Source: Bugula neritina (Eukaryota; Animalia; Bryozoa). Taken from it: a stretch of 64,000 bases of DNA. Every line of letters starts with the position of its first letter. Within the stretch, counting starts at the first letter, position 1. The stretch spans positions 33,355,504 to 33,419,503 of the forward strand of contig OZ037765.1 in the NCBI GenBank assembly GCA_964035545.1, in the 5' to 3' direction. The notes beneath the pieces are model-generated. The model saw only the letters and a program-made list of their open reading frames with translations. It did not search any database and was not told the DNA's origin. This document shows positions 47,310-59,800 of this stretch, piece after piece. Position numbers and translations under genes: made by a program.

Positions 47310-50300
47310 ATGCCAAATCAACATGAATATCACGAGTTGAAAGAAGTAGACTCGTTACCTGAGCAGAATAACACAGGTGATGCAGAAGACAAGCCAATTG
47401 CTGTAAGTTTTTATTATTTAGTAAAACAAGTAAATTTATAGCAGCTTACAGCAGCAAAATCCAGCAGCTTATATTGTAGAGATTTTATATTATGTATATA
47501 TATTGAAAGGATAACTCCTCACACAACTCGAGACACGATACATTTTGCATCATGTCATTCTCTTAGCCTAGGGCCACACGATGCGTATTTTCGCATGCGA
47601 AAATTGAAATCGCAAGTAGCAAAGGTGTCCACTGTGCGCGTTGAGAAAACATTCGCACTTGTCGCTCTGCATTTTCAACGCAAGTGCGAATCGTCTCTGT
47701 CGTCGTCACCTAATTGGCTGGTAGCTATTCAGCGAGCCCAATTTCTTTATTTAGTGCTATATTCCAGTAAATTGCGTTTCATTGAAAGCGAGTGCGATTT
47801 AAAAATGAAAGCTTTATTTATCGCGCATCACTGACGCTACAGTGGACACCTTTGCTACTTGTGATTTTAATTTTCGCATGCGAAAATACGCACAGTGTGG
47901 CCCTAGGCTTAGTGCGATGGCACCACCCACCGTGATAGCCAATGAGACACAAACAGTAATTAGTAGTAGGCGGAGCTGCTTATGTATAGTGGAAGCTTGT
48001 CTAACTGACTAGCCGGCAGAGAAGACACACCCCTCATTCACACTTACCGTATCGTACGCCCTAACAGCAAAAATAAAATGGCGACGCTGTTGCATTTTGT
48101 CAACGGGTGTTCACACATTGCCGTAAAAATACAACGCATGACGTTGAGTTGTGACCAATCATAATGAGGTTAATTTTTGTCTGCGGTGATTTGGATATTA
48201 TTTACAAATTACTCGCAACATTCTTTTCAAAAGATGTTATATAAATGCTATTTACTAAATAAAAGCAATTACATGAAAAGAATCTTTTTTTAAATATATT
48301 CGTTTTTAAAATAATTGTGCAAACTAATTCAAATAATGAATATTTAAGCCGTCCAAATCATTTTTAAGTTTTTGGTTTGCTTGATTTTGTGATTAGGGAA
48401 AGCTAGATTTTTAAGCTGAGTTTAATTCAAACAAGCCGGATAAAGATTTTTTAATCTTTTAAAACTTTTGAATTGATTAAATTAAATAAAAAATAAGCGA
48501 TTAAAATAAACTAGCGAAAATGTTCTTTAAATTTTAGTACCAGATCAACTCTACCCAATAGGAGCTCGCCGTGATTTTTTGAATCAAGCACTGCTTGATC
48601 AACGCCGCAACGTATACCGGAGTACGATTTAGCCCGGATGTTTACAAAAATCGCTAAAATATGCTGTTACGGCGTACGGTACGGTAAGTGTGAATAGGGG
48701 GTTAATAGTGCTAGTGTAAAGTTGTGTACTAGCTCTCCATTATGTAATGTTTTGTGTTAGTAATTATACATTTTATTTGTGTCTAATTTGCAGTAAATAA
48801 ACTCTTCTTATTAATTACAAATCTGGTGAAGTGGCTTTGCATAAATAAACCCATTGATTGCAAGTGAAGCATAAATTCACCACAATATCTCTTTTATGAA
48901 CTGCTTTCTAATGCAATCCACTCCTAAAAGTATGGCTGGTAAAAATAGTATAATTGTTGCTACAACCAAAATAACTACAACTCACTGTGCTGCATGTAAA
49001 ACCAATTCAATCTTCTGCCATTGCTACAATTAATATTTTACTTGTAATAACTATGTTAAATCTATTGTTAGCACAGTAATATTCAATGAAATTTATTGAT
49101 TTGAGAGGTTGCAAACATTAAACCGAAATAGAGCTCAGAAATATTTTTAAAATGAAGCACATATGCTATAACAGGCCAGGACAATAAACCACTAGACTAT
49201 GTTATTGTAATTGTTTCACTTAGCTAGTCTTTATATTTTGTGCCAGGGAGAAAATCCTGGCTTTTTGCCAAAATTTAAATAAAAGATGTTAGCTTTTTGT
49301 AGCTTGTTCAGCTATCTTGTTAGCTTTTTGGTTATGTTATTTTCAACATATTAGAAGTATTAGCAGTTCACTTGCCAGGAAGGCTCTATAAAGAGCTGAT
49401 GTTTGTAAGTAGAATTATAATTTTGAAGTTTCCTGTTTTTGTTGATGTTATTTGAAGTTTACTTATGTATGTATTTTTTTGCAGGGTGTAGCCACTTTTT
49501 GATATTTTAATAGAGTACAAAACAAAGAGTAAATAATAAATTCAAAGATTAAGAAAGTGTTGCTCGATGCTTGTTGCTAGCCAACTCACTGAGTCTTTCC
49601 TGGCACATAAATTACTTTGTTAGGATTGACAAAAACACTGCATTAATACCCAACCTGAGCTTTTAGTGCACATTTACCAACTGATAAGTCAAGTGTCAAG
49701 TTTCAAGTTTCAGATAGAAATTGAATGCACAACTCAAACGGCCATACTTCTATAGTTACTTAAAAGAGTTATTTTTCTTTTCTGAAAGAAATTATTTTTA
49801 CATTTAATTAGCTTTAGTATTCAAGTTAGAACATATGATATCATATTGGGCTGATTGTTATGCTTTTAGAATAAAAGCTGTGATCAGTACGAAAGTTTTG
49901 AAAATAATGAGGATGGAGGGGAGCATTGTAAAGACATCAAGGGAAACGACTCCAAAGAATCAGAAGAAGCTTTAACAAAAGATGTTTTATTTCAGATTTT
50001 TGTTTTCAACTTAGCATTTTTTGGCAGAGTAAGTAATGGAGTAAAATAGTAATAAAAATCCTAAAATTATTATTTTATTCGGGTCTTTAAACACAAAACA
50101 GCTGGTACTCTTTTAACATGGAGTCTTGTACCATCCAGCACTATAATTACTAGATGCTATGATAATCACTCTATCACTTTGACTTCTATATTTTTTAGGG
50201 TTTCACAATGAACTCTATTGGACCTACACTGATAGATCTGAGACAGATAGCATCTTTATCCATAGAACAAGGTGGATGGTTGTTTATATCACAATCTATC

Positions 50301-52963
50301 GGATATTTGATTTCCAATCTCATTGCGAAAGTTACTTTTTTGAAGTAAGTATGGAACTTATGTTAGGTTCATCTGAGTGTGAAAAAAAAAAATTTTGAAT
50401 TATCATAAGGAACAATATAGCAAGGTGTACATATATGTAAGCTGGTAGTATAGGTAAATACAGCAAGGTATACATATATGTAAACTGGTATTATAGGTAA
50501 ATATAGCAAGGTATACATATATGTAAGCTGGTAGTATAGGTAAATATAGCAAGGTGTATGTATAGTGAGTATTGGATAAACTTTGTTGTTTTTAGATTCA
50601 ACAACAAAGCTGTGCTCTCGTTCTCCTTGTTTCTGAAGGCAATTTCTACTTCCCTTGTTACTGCGTGTGGTAATGCGTACGTCATGTGTTTGATGCTGAT
50701 TGGACAGGGAGTAGCGGAAGGTCTAATAGATGTGGGTAAGTGAATATCCTTTAATAATTTTTTTAAATATTGAGTTAATTTTTGATCTTTTAAGAAAACA
50801 TTTTGGCGTAAAGACTGTTCACAAATAATCCTTTAGTGATGAGTTATTATCCAACTTAACATAATCTTGCATGAGAAGAAAAAGTCAAGCTCTATATAGG
50901 TTTTATCGAAGCCCTGCAGCAAATAATAATGGCGTTATTACACTGAGTATTTAGACAGATATCTGCTGAATATACTGACACTTACTTCTATCTATATTCT
51001 CTATTACCATTCCTAACAATTTTCTGTGTGAATTGAACATATAATGTGAAGGAAAATATTATATTTGTAGGCACAATGAGTGCATGCATTCAACTCGGTG
51101 GTGAAAAGAGAAGTGGTGTATATCTTCAAACTGTGGCTTTTAGTGTCTCAATAAGCAGCTTGTGCGGGCCGTTCATAGTGCGCCCCTTCCTATCTGACTA
51201 TGCTAGTCGTCAAGTAACACACCCTGCATTATGGCATTCCGAATCATATGTTACAACTATGAACTCTGGGTAGTTATACATCTTTCTCTACTATTGGTTT
51301 CAGGTTTGTGCGGGTCTGTTGGATTCTATGTTAAGGCTGTTAGTATTGGTTGCCTTGGTTTTAAACTTTACATATTCTTTAGTTTGCTGTCTTGTTTACT
51401 GTAAATAATGACAAGTAAAGTAAGTTTGTATCTCTTACTATTTACAATAACTCTTTTAGTCAGAAAGAAGAACAGCTAACTACTTATCAACCACTCTCCT
51501 TCACAAACACTTCCAACCAAACAGATGATCACATGACCAACACAATTACTGCATGGCCTGAGACATATGACATGAAGTTTACCCAGACACACATACAATA
51601 CTACTACATCATACTGGGCATCATGTGCTTTATACCTGCTGTGCTCTTTGCTGTTCATCATCGAGTGAATGGTGAACCAATAAGGAACATGGACAAGCTT
51701 ACAGCTCCCTCTGACTCAATATTTTTCAAAGGGTGCACAACTCCCCTGTCAGTTACTGCCATACTTGCATTTCTATTGTCTTTCTTACTCTTTGCTAATC
51801 AACAGTCTTACAGCAACATACTGACAACTTTTGCTGTCTACAGTTCCCTTCATTTTGATGAGTCACAGGCAGTCTATCTATCTTCAGTATTTTGGACAGC
51901 AATGTGTATTGGACGACTGATTGGTGAGTTCAAGACTAATTCTTATTCAACAAAGACAATTTAACAAAAGCAAGTTGATAATTTTCTAGATAATTTTGAA
52001 CTATATACCATGTTTTTATACTTTATAGAAATTAGGATAATAACAGTTTTTAGTTTTCAGACTTTGGAATTTTTTTTTTTTTTATTTTATTTGAGCCTGC
52101 CATTTTAAATGCTGAAATTTTTTTTTTCCATCCTTTGAACACATTTATTTACTACTAATGTAGTTCGTTGGTTGTTTAGTGTTTTCCATAAAACTTTTTT
52201 CATTATCTGCTTCTTTTCACATGGTCGCTACAGTTTCTGCATAAAGGTTTGCATCACTATAGCTGTGCTTTTGAGGACTTTCCAAATTCCTTCTGCACTT
52301 TAACATAGTTATTTTTCATATACTATGCTTTAACAGTTAAAGAACTCATTTCATCACATAAGCCAATGTGCTGTACTTCATTTCCACAACTATTTTAATT
52401 AACTGTTGCCCAATTATTTGTTCTGCCATTTATTTCACCCAAGTACAATATTTTAATTCTCCCACTTTAATTGTTCACCAAATTGTCCTATTTTAGTTTG
52501 CATCTTCTCCCTGTTTTAGTTACTAAATTGTCCTGTCACATAGATTAGATTTTGGAAGGAGCATATATAATATGTTCTCATGCACCAGCACTTTGTCTGT
52601 AGGTGTATTTGTGGCTAAAGTCGTATCGCCATTCAAGACGCTACTTTTCAGCACAGTACTCGGAATCATTGCTGGAGCAATACTCTCTGTGTTTGGAGAT
52701 AAGTCGTCAGAGATTCTGTGGATATTCACTGCAGTCCTGGGACTTGCCTACTCCACAACAACAGCTGGAATGTTTTATTGGGTGGCTCATCACTTACCAA
52801 GTAAGCAGTTGAGAAAATAGTCAACTGTGATATATTCTTTCATCTCTACATATATTATAAATATGTTGTACACACATATTATATATTGTAGTATTTTATT
52901 AGATATACAGAATATTACATCACATTTTATCTTATTGAGTAAAGACCCTTATTATCTTAAAAA

Positions 52964-53016
<53 letters not shown>

Positions 53017-53754
53017 TATATTGCAGCATTCTTTTAGATGTGCAGAATGTTATATCACAATGCTTTATCCCATTAAGCAAGGACTGATACAACTTTTTCT
53101 CAAGCTGCTTATTTTGCACAATTTTGGTAGGCTGATAAACCATTCTAAACAAGCACAGGTATAACCTACCCATTATGGCTACACACGCTCATGTTGGCCT
53201 CTAGGGCTACTTTATAAATAGTTAAACTACTATAAAGCTGCTAAACTAGAGTCTAGAATTTAATAGTTATATTTGCTGTATATACTATTCAACTTGTTTT
53301 GGAGTTATCAGACTAATTTCATAATGTCTACAAATATTAGGGTTCATATGGGAGTTGCTGTCCTTTGCAACCAAAGTTTAACCTACAAAAGTTTTTTTAA
53401 ATTTTCAGTTGGTATTATATGGTTTTATGGTTTTTAGCATTGTTCATATACTTATTTAAAAACTTCTATCAAGTTTATTCGTCAAGTTTTCAAATATTTT
53501 TTGCAGACGACACATATTTTGTGATTCTACTGACTCTGGGAGAATGTATTGGAGTGCTCATTATCCCAGCTCTGGTAACTTTCCTCTTCAAAGTAGTTGG
53601 ACCAATGATATTGATGTACTCTGTGGTAACAAGTCTCTGTATTACTACAGTAATGTTGATATCAGCTCAGCTTATTATAAGACAGTATGGAAAAGACGGG
53701 CGACTCCTTGGTACAATTTCGGCAGCAGAAGGATTACTTGAAGACCAAGACTAG
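47310..53754 (+). CDS. MFSD4/NAGLT1-like MFS transporter, copy 2; exons 47310-47402, 49870-50028, 50199-50344, 50596-50735, 51071-51269, 51460-51923, 52603-52800, 53507-53754
   Basis: Same 8-exon structure as copy 1; exons 2, 3, 4, 5, 7 and 8 have identical lengths (159, 146, 140, 199, 198, 248 nt); GT-AG junctions in phase. Confidence 0.87.
47566..47908. mobile_element. PIF/Harbinger (Tourist-like) MITE, 343 bp, in MFS copy 2 intron 1
   Basis: ~70-bp TIRs starting GCCTAGGGCCACAC; 3-bp TTA duplication on both sides (47563-47565 and 47909-47911). Confidence 0.88.
48029..48702. mobile_element. Second MITE (~670 bp), probably Harbinger-like, in MFS copy 2 intron 1
   Basis: 41-bp TIRs ACCCC(TC/CT)ATTCACACTTACCGTA(T/C)CGTACGCC(C/G)TAACAGCA; TAA on the right flank only. 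Confidence 0.78.
50415..50557. repeat. 43-bp tandem repeat (~3.3 copies) in MFS copy 2 intron 3
   Basis: Units start at 50415, 50458, 50501 and 50544. Confidence 0.85.
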
Positions 53755-54020
53755 ATGAAATGCTGCCTTTATTTTATATACATTTTGTTTCATCTAAAAG
53801 AACATCGGCCTAGTTTTTCTGAAATCAAACAAACAGCTTAACTTATGATTTATAAGTTATGTTGGTCAAAGATATTATTATGGTTATTAGAACCTTGCGA
53901 TTTTTATTTTTAGTGGGAAGAGTATATGTTGAACTATGTATAATAGACCCTCAATGATCAGTGTATTTAGTGCACTATCAACTGAAATAATTAAAACATT
54001 AAAAAAACTCCCACAAGATG

Positions 54021-54542
54021 ATATATAGTCGCCATCCCTGAGAGAAACCCCTGATAAAAGGGCCTTTGTTGAATCGGGCTAAGGACCTATTTATATGGGA
54101 CACAGGAGCAATTATGACTGGATGCTCTTCCTAATATCACCAATAGCTTTTGTCAGGACTCGAACCCATGACTTCATGCTTACTAGGCAAATGCTCTATG
54201 CCAGGGCTGTCCAACAGGCGGCCCTAGGGCCGGATGTGGCCCTCGAAGGCATAAAGCTAAAATAATTTTTCACTGTTTACATGAATTAAAGTGAAAAGCC
54301 ACCTTTTAAATGCCTTATTTATACAAATAACACAAAAAATGCAGCTGGCAGTAACTATTGAGACTTAATTGTGTAATGATTCATAAAGTTTTGGAATAAA
54401 GTAGTTTGAAAAATACTGATGCTGTGGCCCCCAGCACAAGCTGAAGCTTACAATGTGGCCCTCACCATGAAATATTTCATTTCTGTGGCCCTCAGTTTGA
54501 AAAGGTTGGACACCCCTGCTCTAAGCCCTAGACCACAGCTGC
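54021..54542 (-). mobile_element. tRNA-derived SINE interrupted by a hAT MITE
   Basis: With the hAT insertion removed, the minus strand reads GCAGCTGTGGTCTAGGGC(T/A)TAGAGCATTTGCCTAGTAAGCATGAAGTCATGGGTTCGAGTCC (A-box-like TGGTCTAGGG, B box GGTTCGAGTCC at 54166-54156), followed by a body containing AGGAAGAGCATCCAGTC. Confidence 0.65.
54202..54518. mobile_element. Non-autonomous hAT (Charlie-like) element, 317 bp
   Basis: TIRs CAGGGCTGTCCAAC...GTTGGACACCCCTG; internal GTGGCCC subterminal motifs; 8-bp TSD CTCTATGC/CTCTAAGC (7 of 8 identical). Confidence 0.85.
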
Positions 54543-55214
54543 TTACATTAGTTTTAGCTTAAAATGGTGTCACAGTCACTAACTAGATAAATCACTGCAG
54601 TACTAAATGTTTAGCAATATCATTGTCATAACTTTAGTCTGTGGTGAATATTATGCTTACCTGATGATCCGTGACTTCCCCAAAGCTTACGTCTTATAGT
54701 AATAAGTAGTTTCAAGCACTAGCAATCTATTAGGTGAACTAATAGGCGTAGTACCATCTAGTCATATTTATTTAGTATAAAATTATAAATATTTGAAACA
54801 GTAATTATTTGTTAATGATTAGTCAGTTTATAACTTCTTATCACACAAGAAATTCATCTACAAATCCTAGGAGGAAGTTCAGCGTAAGTAATAATTAATA
54901 TATATTTCTGTTCAATGAAATTACTAGCCTATAAAAATATAGCATATATAATAACATAACAAATATAGTTTATTACTAAATTCTGTAACTGTGTAATTCC
55001 AATTACTTACAGTGATATATATTGTCGTTGAAACTGCAATGAAAACGTATGATTCTTATGTTACACACTATACGGCTATCATGTTATTCAGCTATTATCA
55101 TTATTTGTATATCAAGCTGATTTCAACAACTAATTCTTTCTGTTGCTCAGCTACAAGTGTGAACAATAAAGATTTTAATTAGAGTATGAAGTGTAAGCAG
55201 AGGTATCATTCCAG

Positions 55215-55426
55215 ATAGACGCTTCCCAGTTAGAGGCTTCCCAGTTAGAGGCTTCCCAGTTAGACAATAGGCTAAATTTCCCAGTTAGACACTTCCCAGT
55301 TAGACAATAGGCTAAGTTTCCCAGTTAGAGGCTTCCCAGTTGGACAATAGGCTAAGTTTCCCAGTTAGACACTTCCCAGTTAGACAATAGGCTAAATTTC
55401 TCAGTTAGAGGCTTCCCAGTTAGACG
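55215..55426. repeat. Compound tandem repeat of TTCCCAGTTAGA(C/G) units (amplified subterminal repeats of a TIR element)
   Basis: About 10 TTCCCAGTTAG cores with alternating 16- and 27-bp spacing; flanks match 45773-45860. Confidence 0.75.
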
Positions 55427-56874
55427 CTATTTATATATTTTGGTACAATATATATAGTAATATACCCATGTATTATGGAGTGCCAAATAGTAAAAAATTT
55501 GCCTATTATTGCATCTCATATGCTTATAATAAAGTATCTAACCATCATTCTCTCTCATATTCTCACAAAACGCTCTCATAGGTCTATTATTTAGTCTCAA
55601 ACCTTTATTATTCATTCCCATACCTCCATCATGCACTCTCATATCGCTATTATTGGCTCTCTTATAGTCATTATTCATTCTCTTATGCTTATTATTATCT
55701 CTCATACCCCTATTACTGTCTTGCTTTAGTGCCTGACTTTGACTCACTAGTTTTGTGTACATGTCACAATATTGGACTATATGCCAGTATATTCGGTTCA
55801 CACTATTAAGCTCCACCCCATTTATCAAATCTGATTGGATAACTGAAATGATACTGAGAGTAATAATAAAATATAATGGTGGGTAGGTGCCTAGGTTTAG
55901 TTAGCCATTCTTCATTCATAAGTATCAATCTAGGAGTGAACAAGTTTTACTAAAATTGTGACAGCTAGATTCTTATCTCAATTTCAATTTTGTATAGATG
56001 TAACAAAAAATATTTTTGAAAGTCAATAAAGGAATAATTCATACTTATAGAACTAGCTATATTGAACTTATAGAACTTAGCTATATGAGCAAAACAATAT
56101 GGGCTTGGTTCACGTCACTTGAAACTTACGAGATAATCACAGGAGAAACAATTCTAGAAATTATTAGTAATTTTAAATATATAGGCGACAGTTAATAATG
56201 ACTATACATAAAATAAAACACCAAAGTGATAATAGCTAGTTGGATAAAAAATAGGGTAATTCCTAAATAATTTTTCTCTATTCAACGATATAATTACAAT
56301 ATTCAACGCCAAAATTTACAGTGTTTTACAGAATTTATAAATGTGTAGTAGAATTCCTTTGAAGTTTAGGTTAAAATTTGTTTTAGTTGACAACTATATT
56401 TTAACCAACTTGAATATCTAGAAGCTACTTAAATTTGCCTTATTGGTCACCTGTAGTCCCAACGAAGGTGGTGGGTGGTTATATTGAAGGCGATTATATA
56501 AAGCTAAACAATTTATTGCCAAAGCCAGTCTTGAAAAGTAATAAAATATTATAGGGCTTAGATCAGGAGTGGCCAAGCTTTTTAGAGCAAGGGCTAAAGA
56601 AGTAGAATATTCCATTGTGAAAGGCAAAAGGCCACAAATTTGAAAATTCAGTTTGAGCTTGTGGCTACAGCATCAAGTTTTTCAAGTTAGTTTGCTCCAA
56701 ATTCCTATTAATCATTACAATCATTTTGGCTATAAAAAAGCAGTGTTTTTACTACTTTTTACTACAGTATTTCTTTGATAACTTATAGGATATCTATCTA
56801 TTCAATTTATCATTCAACTGTCAACCTACCTACCAGTTAACCTGCTCCCTAAGAAAGAAAAGACGTTGTGAAAC

Positions 56875-59800
56875 ATGCCAAATCAACATGAATATCACGA
56901 ATTGAAAGAAGTAGACTTGTCACCTGAGCAGAATAACACAGGTGATGCAGAAGACACGCCAATTGCTGTAAGTTGTTATTATTTAGTAAAACATATAAAT
57001 CTATAATTTATAAAACTCTTTAGTACATAGCCAACTGATGCTTAGATATCCCTTACATAAATTGCATGATTTAATGCAATCCACTCCTAAAAGCATGGCT
57101 GGTTATAGTAATCAGTGCTATACTACCATGCAATTGTAATGTAAACTCACCCTGTTGAGCTCTGGCTATCGAGTGCCTCGTGTAGGCTTACGTCCGGTTA
57201 GCTATTCTCCTAAGTCACGTGGCCACCGACCTCGCGTAGCCTTGGTACCTGCTATCGCTCGTCAGTAGCTAGTCAATATCGGATCATCTCACATGCTCCC
57301 TCCTTACAAAAGAGAAGAAGAGCACAAGAGCACATTTCTCGTAACATATATTCATATTGTCACCATTTCTATTAGTTTGTCACTTGAGGTCAGTAATCGT
57401 TTGCTGGTAGTAATTCATCATATGTCCAGAGTAAATACTACCTAGGAGTATGGGTACTTAACTGGGTTGTTCCTCCATCTCCACGTCACTTGGCAGTTCC
57501 TCAGACTCATCCTCCTCCTTCTTGACAAGGTCTTCCCAAGTCTCAGGAACCTCAGCCGACTCTACCCGCTCTTCCAGGGACTGTACCTCAGGGGACAGCA
57601 CCTGTTGGTTCATCAGATCGTCTGAGAGTGCCAAGAAGGCGCTCTCTGAATCAGGATAGCCTAATCCACCGGCGGTGAAACTAGGTTTATCCTGTTTACC
57701 GCAACGCAATTCTGTTATCTTATTGTCTGTGTGGGGTTTTTCGAGGGTCTCAATAGACTGCACTCAACCCCTACCCAATGAAGCAACAACAGGGGTCTTC
57801 TTAGACTGCACCTGTCGGCTTATCGGGTCTTCCGGGGGTGCCTGTGGGGCACTCACGGGAGCGCACGGCATGGAAGCAGCAGGGGTTCTCTTGGACCACG
57901 CCTGCCGACCAGCTGGGCTGCTCGCGAGTACCTTCGAGGCGCTCCTGGGGGTTGCATCTGGCACTGATGAGCGTTGGTGTTCAACCAGCGGCAGTGCCTT
58001 CTGCATATACTCCATCGCTGTCCCAACAAGCTCAGCTGCGCGAAGCTCTTGCTTCAAAGCAGCTTCTTGTCGGTCCAGCTCCGCTCTCTTTTCCGCAATC
58101 TCCTTGAACTTGGAGTTGTATGCTTCTTTATCTATAAGCTTTTGCTTGGTCACACCATTTAGGAAGAATGACATCATATTATTGAGGTTCATTCCTGGGC
58201 TTGGCATAGTCTCATCGGTCTTCGACTTTTTGGTCACTGCATTCGAATACAGTGCAGTGTCAGCACCAATGGAGTCGGGTCTTTTTCTTTTGACCGCGTA
58301 GAGAGAGCCGCCGGCATCACATGTCTCCATTACGTGACCCTGCATATTGCAGAATCGACAGTAGTCGGTGGTGCAGCTTTCTGCAAAGTGGCCCTTTTGG
58401 CCACAGTTGTAGCATCTGTTCTGCGGGCATTCTGAAGCAGAATGGTCTCTCATTGCTCTGCACAGGAGGCAATAAATGTCTCCAGGTTTGCCATAGACTT
58501 TCTTAGGCTTATCCTCCGCTTTTCGCTCAGGCGCCTTGTCTGTCGTCTCTGGCTCATTCTCAGTGGGCTGTGGTCTTCGTCGTGGTCGTCTCTTGCGTGG
58601 GACCTGAATGAACTGGTCTCCTTCATCGGTTTTAGCTTCCGGCCGATCCGGTTTGCTTGCCATTTCTGAAAATAGAAAGAAAGAAAACATTAGTAATACA
58701 TCATGTCAGGGTTCTGTGGGGCCCGAACAGTACGGCCGGACCTAGTGACAACAGGAACATCATTCCTGTTGTCAGAAGGATGCCCGCCTGGGTCATCGGG
58801 TGCTAGTTTATCTTGTCGTGTGCTTAGTCTGTCTTCAGCAGGCTGTTCGTCATCTTCTGATTCGGTTTCCTCTTGCAGGGGGTTAAAGTCATCTTGGCAG
58901 TCATAAAATACATCTTCCGTCTCTGTGTCGTGTAATAGAAATAAGTGTTTTCTATTCCTACGTACTTCACTACTACCCATTTTTACCCAGAAGCTATCCG
59001 GGGATGGGTCTTCTCTTAAGACCGTACCGTTGCATCCTTTGTCTGTTGGGGATTTAACCCATACTTTATTGCCCGGTTCCAGTTTAGGAAGGGGTCTGGC
59101 TCTGTATTTTGTGTCCCATTTCAATTTCACTAGGTCACGGTTTGCCTCCTCCTTATCTTCAAAATCGTTATAGTCTATGTCTGCTGCAAAGTAAGGTATT
59201 CCTAGAGTGGAGCGAATGGGTCGCCCAAACATCAATTCGCTAGGGGAGTAGCCCGACTTTAACGGAGTTGTCCGATAAGCAAAGATGGAGCTGTCCCTGT
59301 CGTCGGCCTTGCGCCAGAGTCCCTTGACTACTTTCACTGCGCGTTCTGCCATACCATTTGACTGTGGGTACCTAGGGCTGCTAGTTACCAGTCTCATGCC
59401 GTTGGCTTCTGCAAATTTCCGGAATTCTTTGCTGTCGTAGCACCCTCCGTTGTCAGTCCAGAGTTCTCTAGGAATTCCGAAACGGGAGAAGACTTTCCAG
59501 CAGGCTTTTATCACGGCTCCTGAGGTCTGGGACTCTATTTTCATTGCTTCTATCCATCTGGAATAACAATCTATAAACACAACATATAAATCATTATCAA
59601 ATGCAAACAGGTCAGAACCTACTACCTCCCAAGGGCTTGAGGGTAAGTCCCTTTCAACCATTGGTTGGTGCCTAATGTCACTGTGTTTGATGCAAATATT
59701 GCATGTCTTAACCAAGTTAGCTATATCTCTACTCAGGCCCGGCCACCAGAAGTGGTGTTGGGCTCTTACTCTACATTTATGTATACCTTGGTGGCCTTCA

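Noticed and set aside
56564-56640. hAT-like terminus CAGGAGTGGCCAA
   Set aside because: No matching opposite end or TSD found
57764-58690. ORF3 as a retroviral env gene
   Set aside because: No signal peptide, fusion peptide or TM anchor; the MFSFFLFS start is simply the translated polypyrimidine tract
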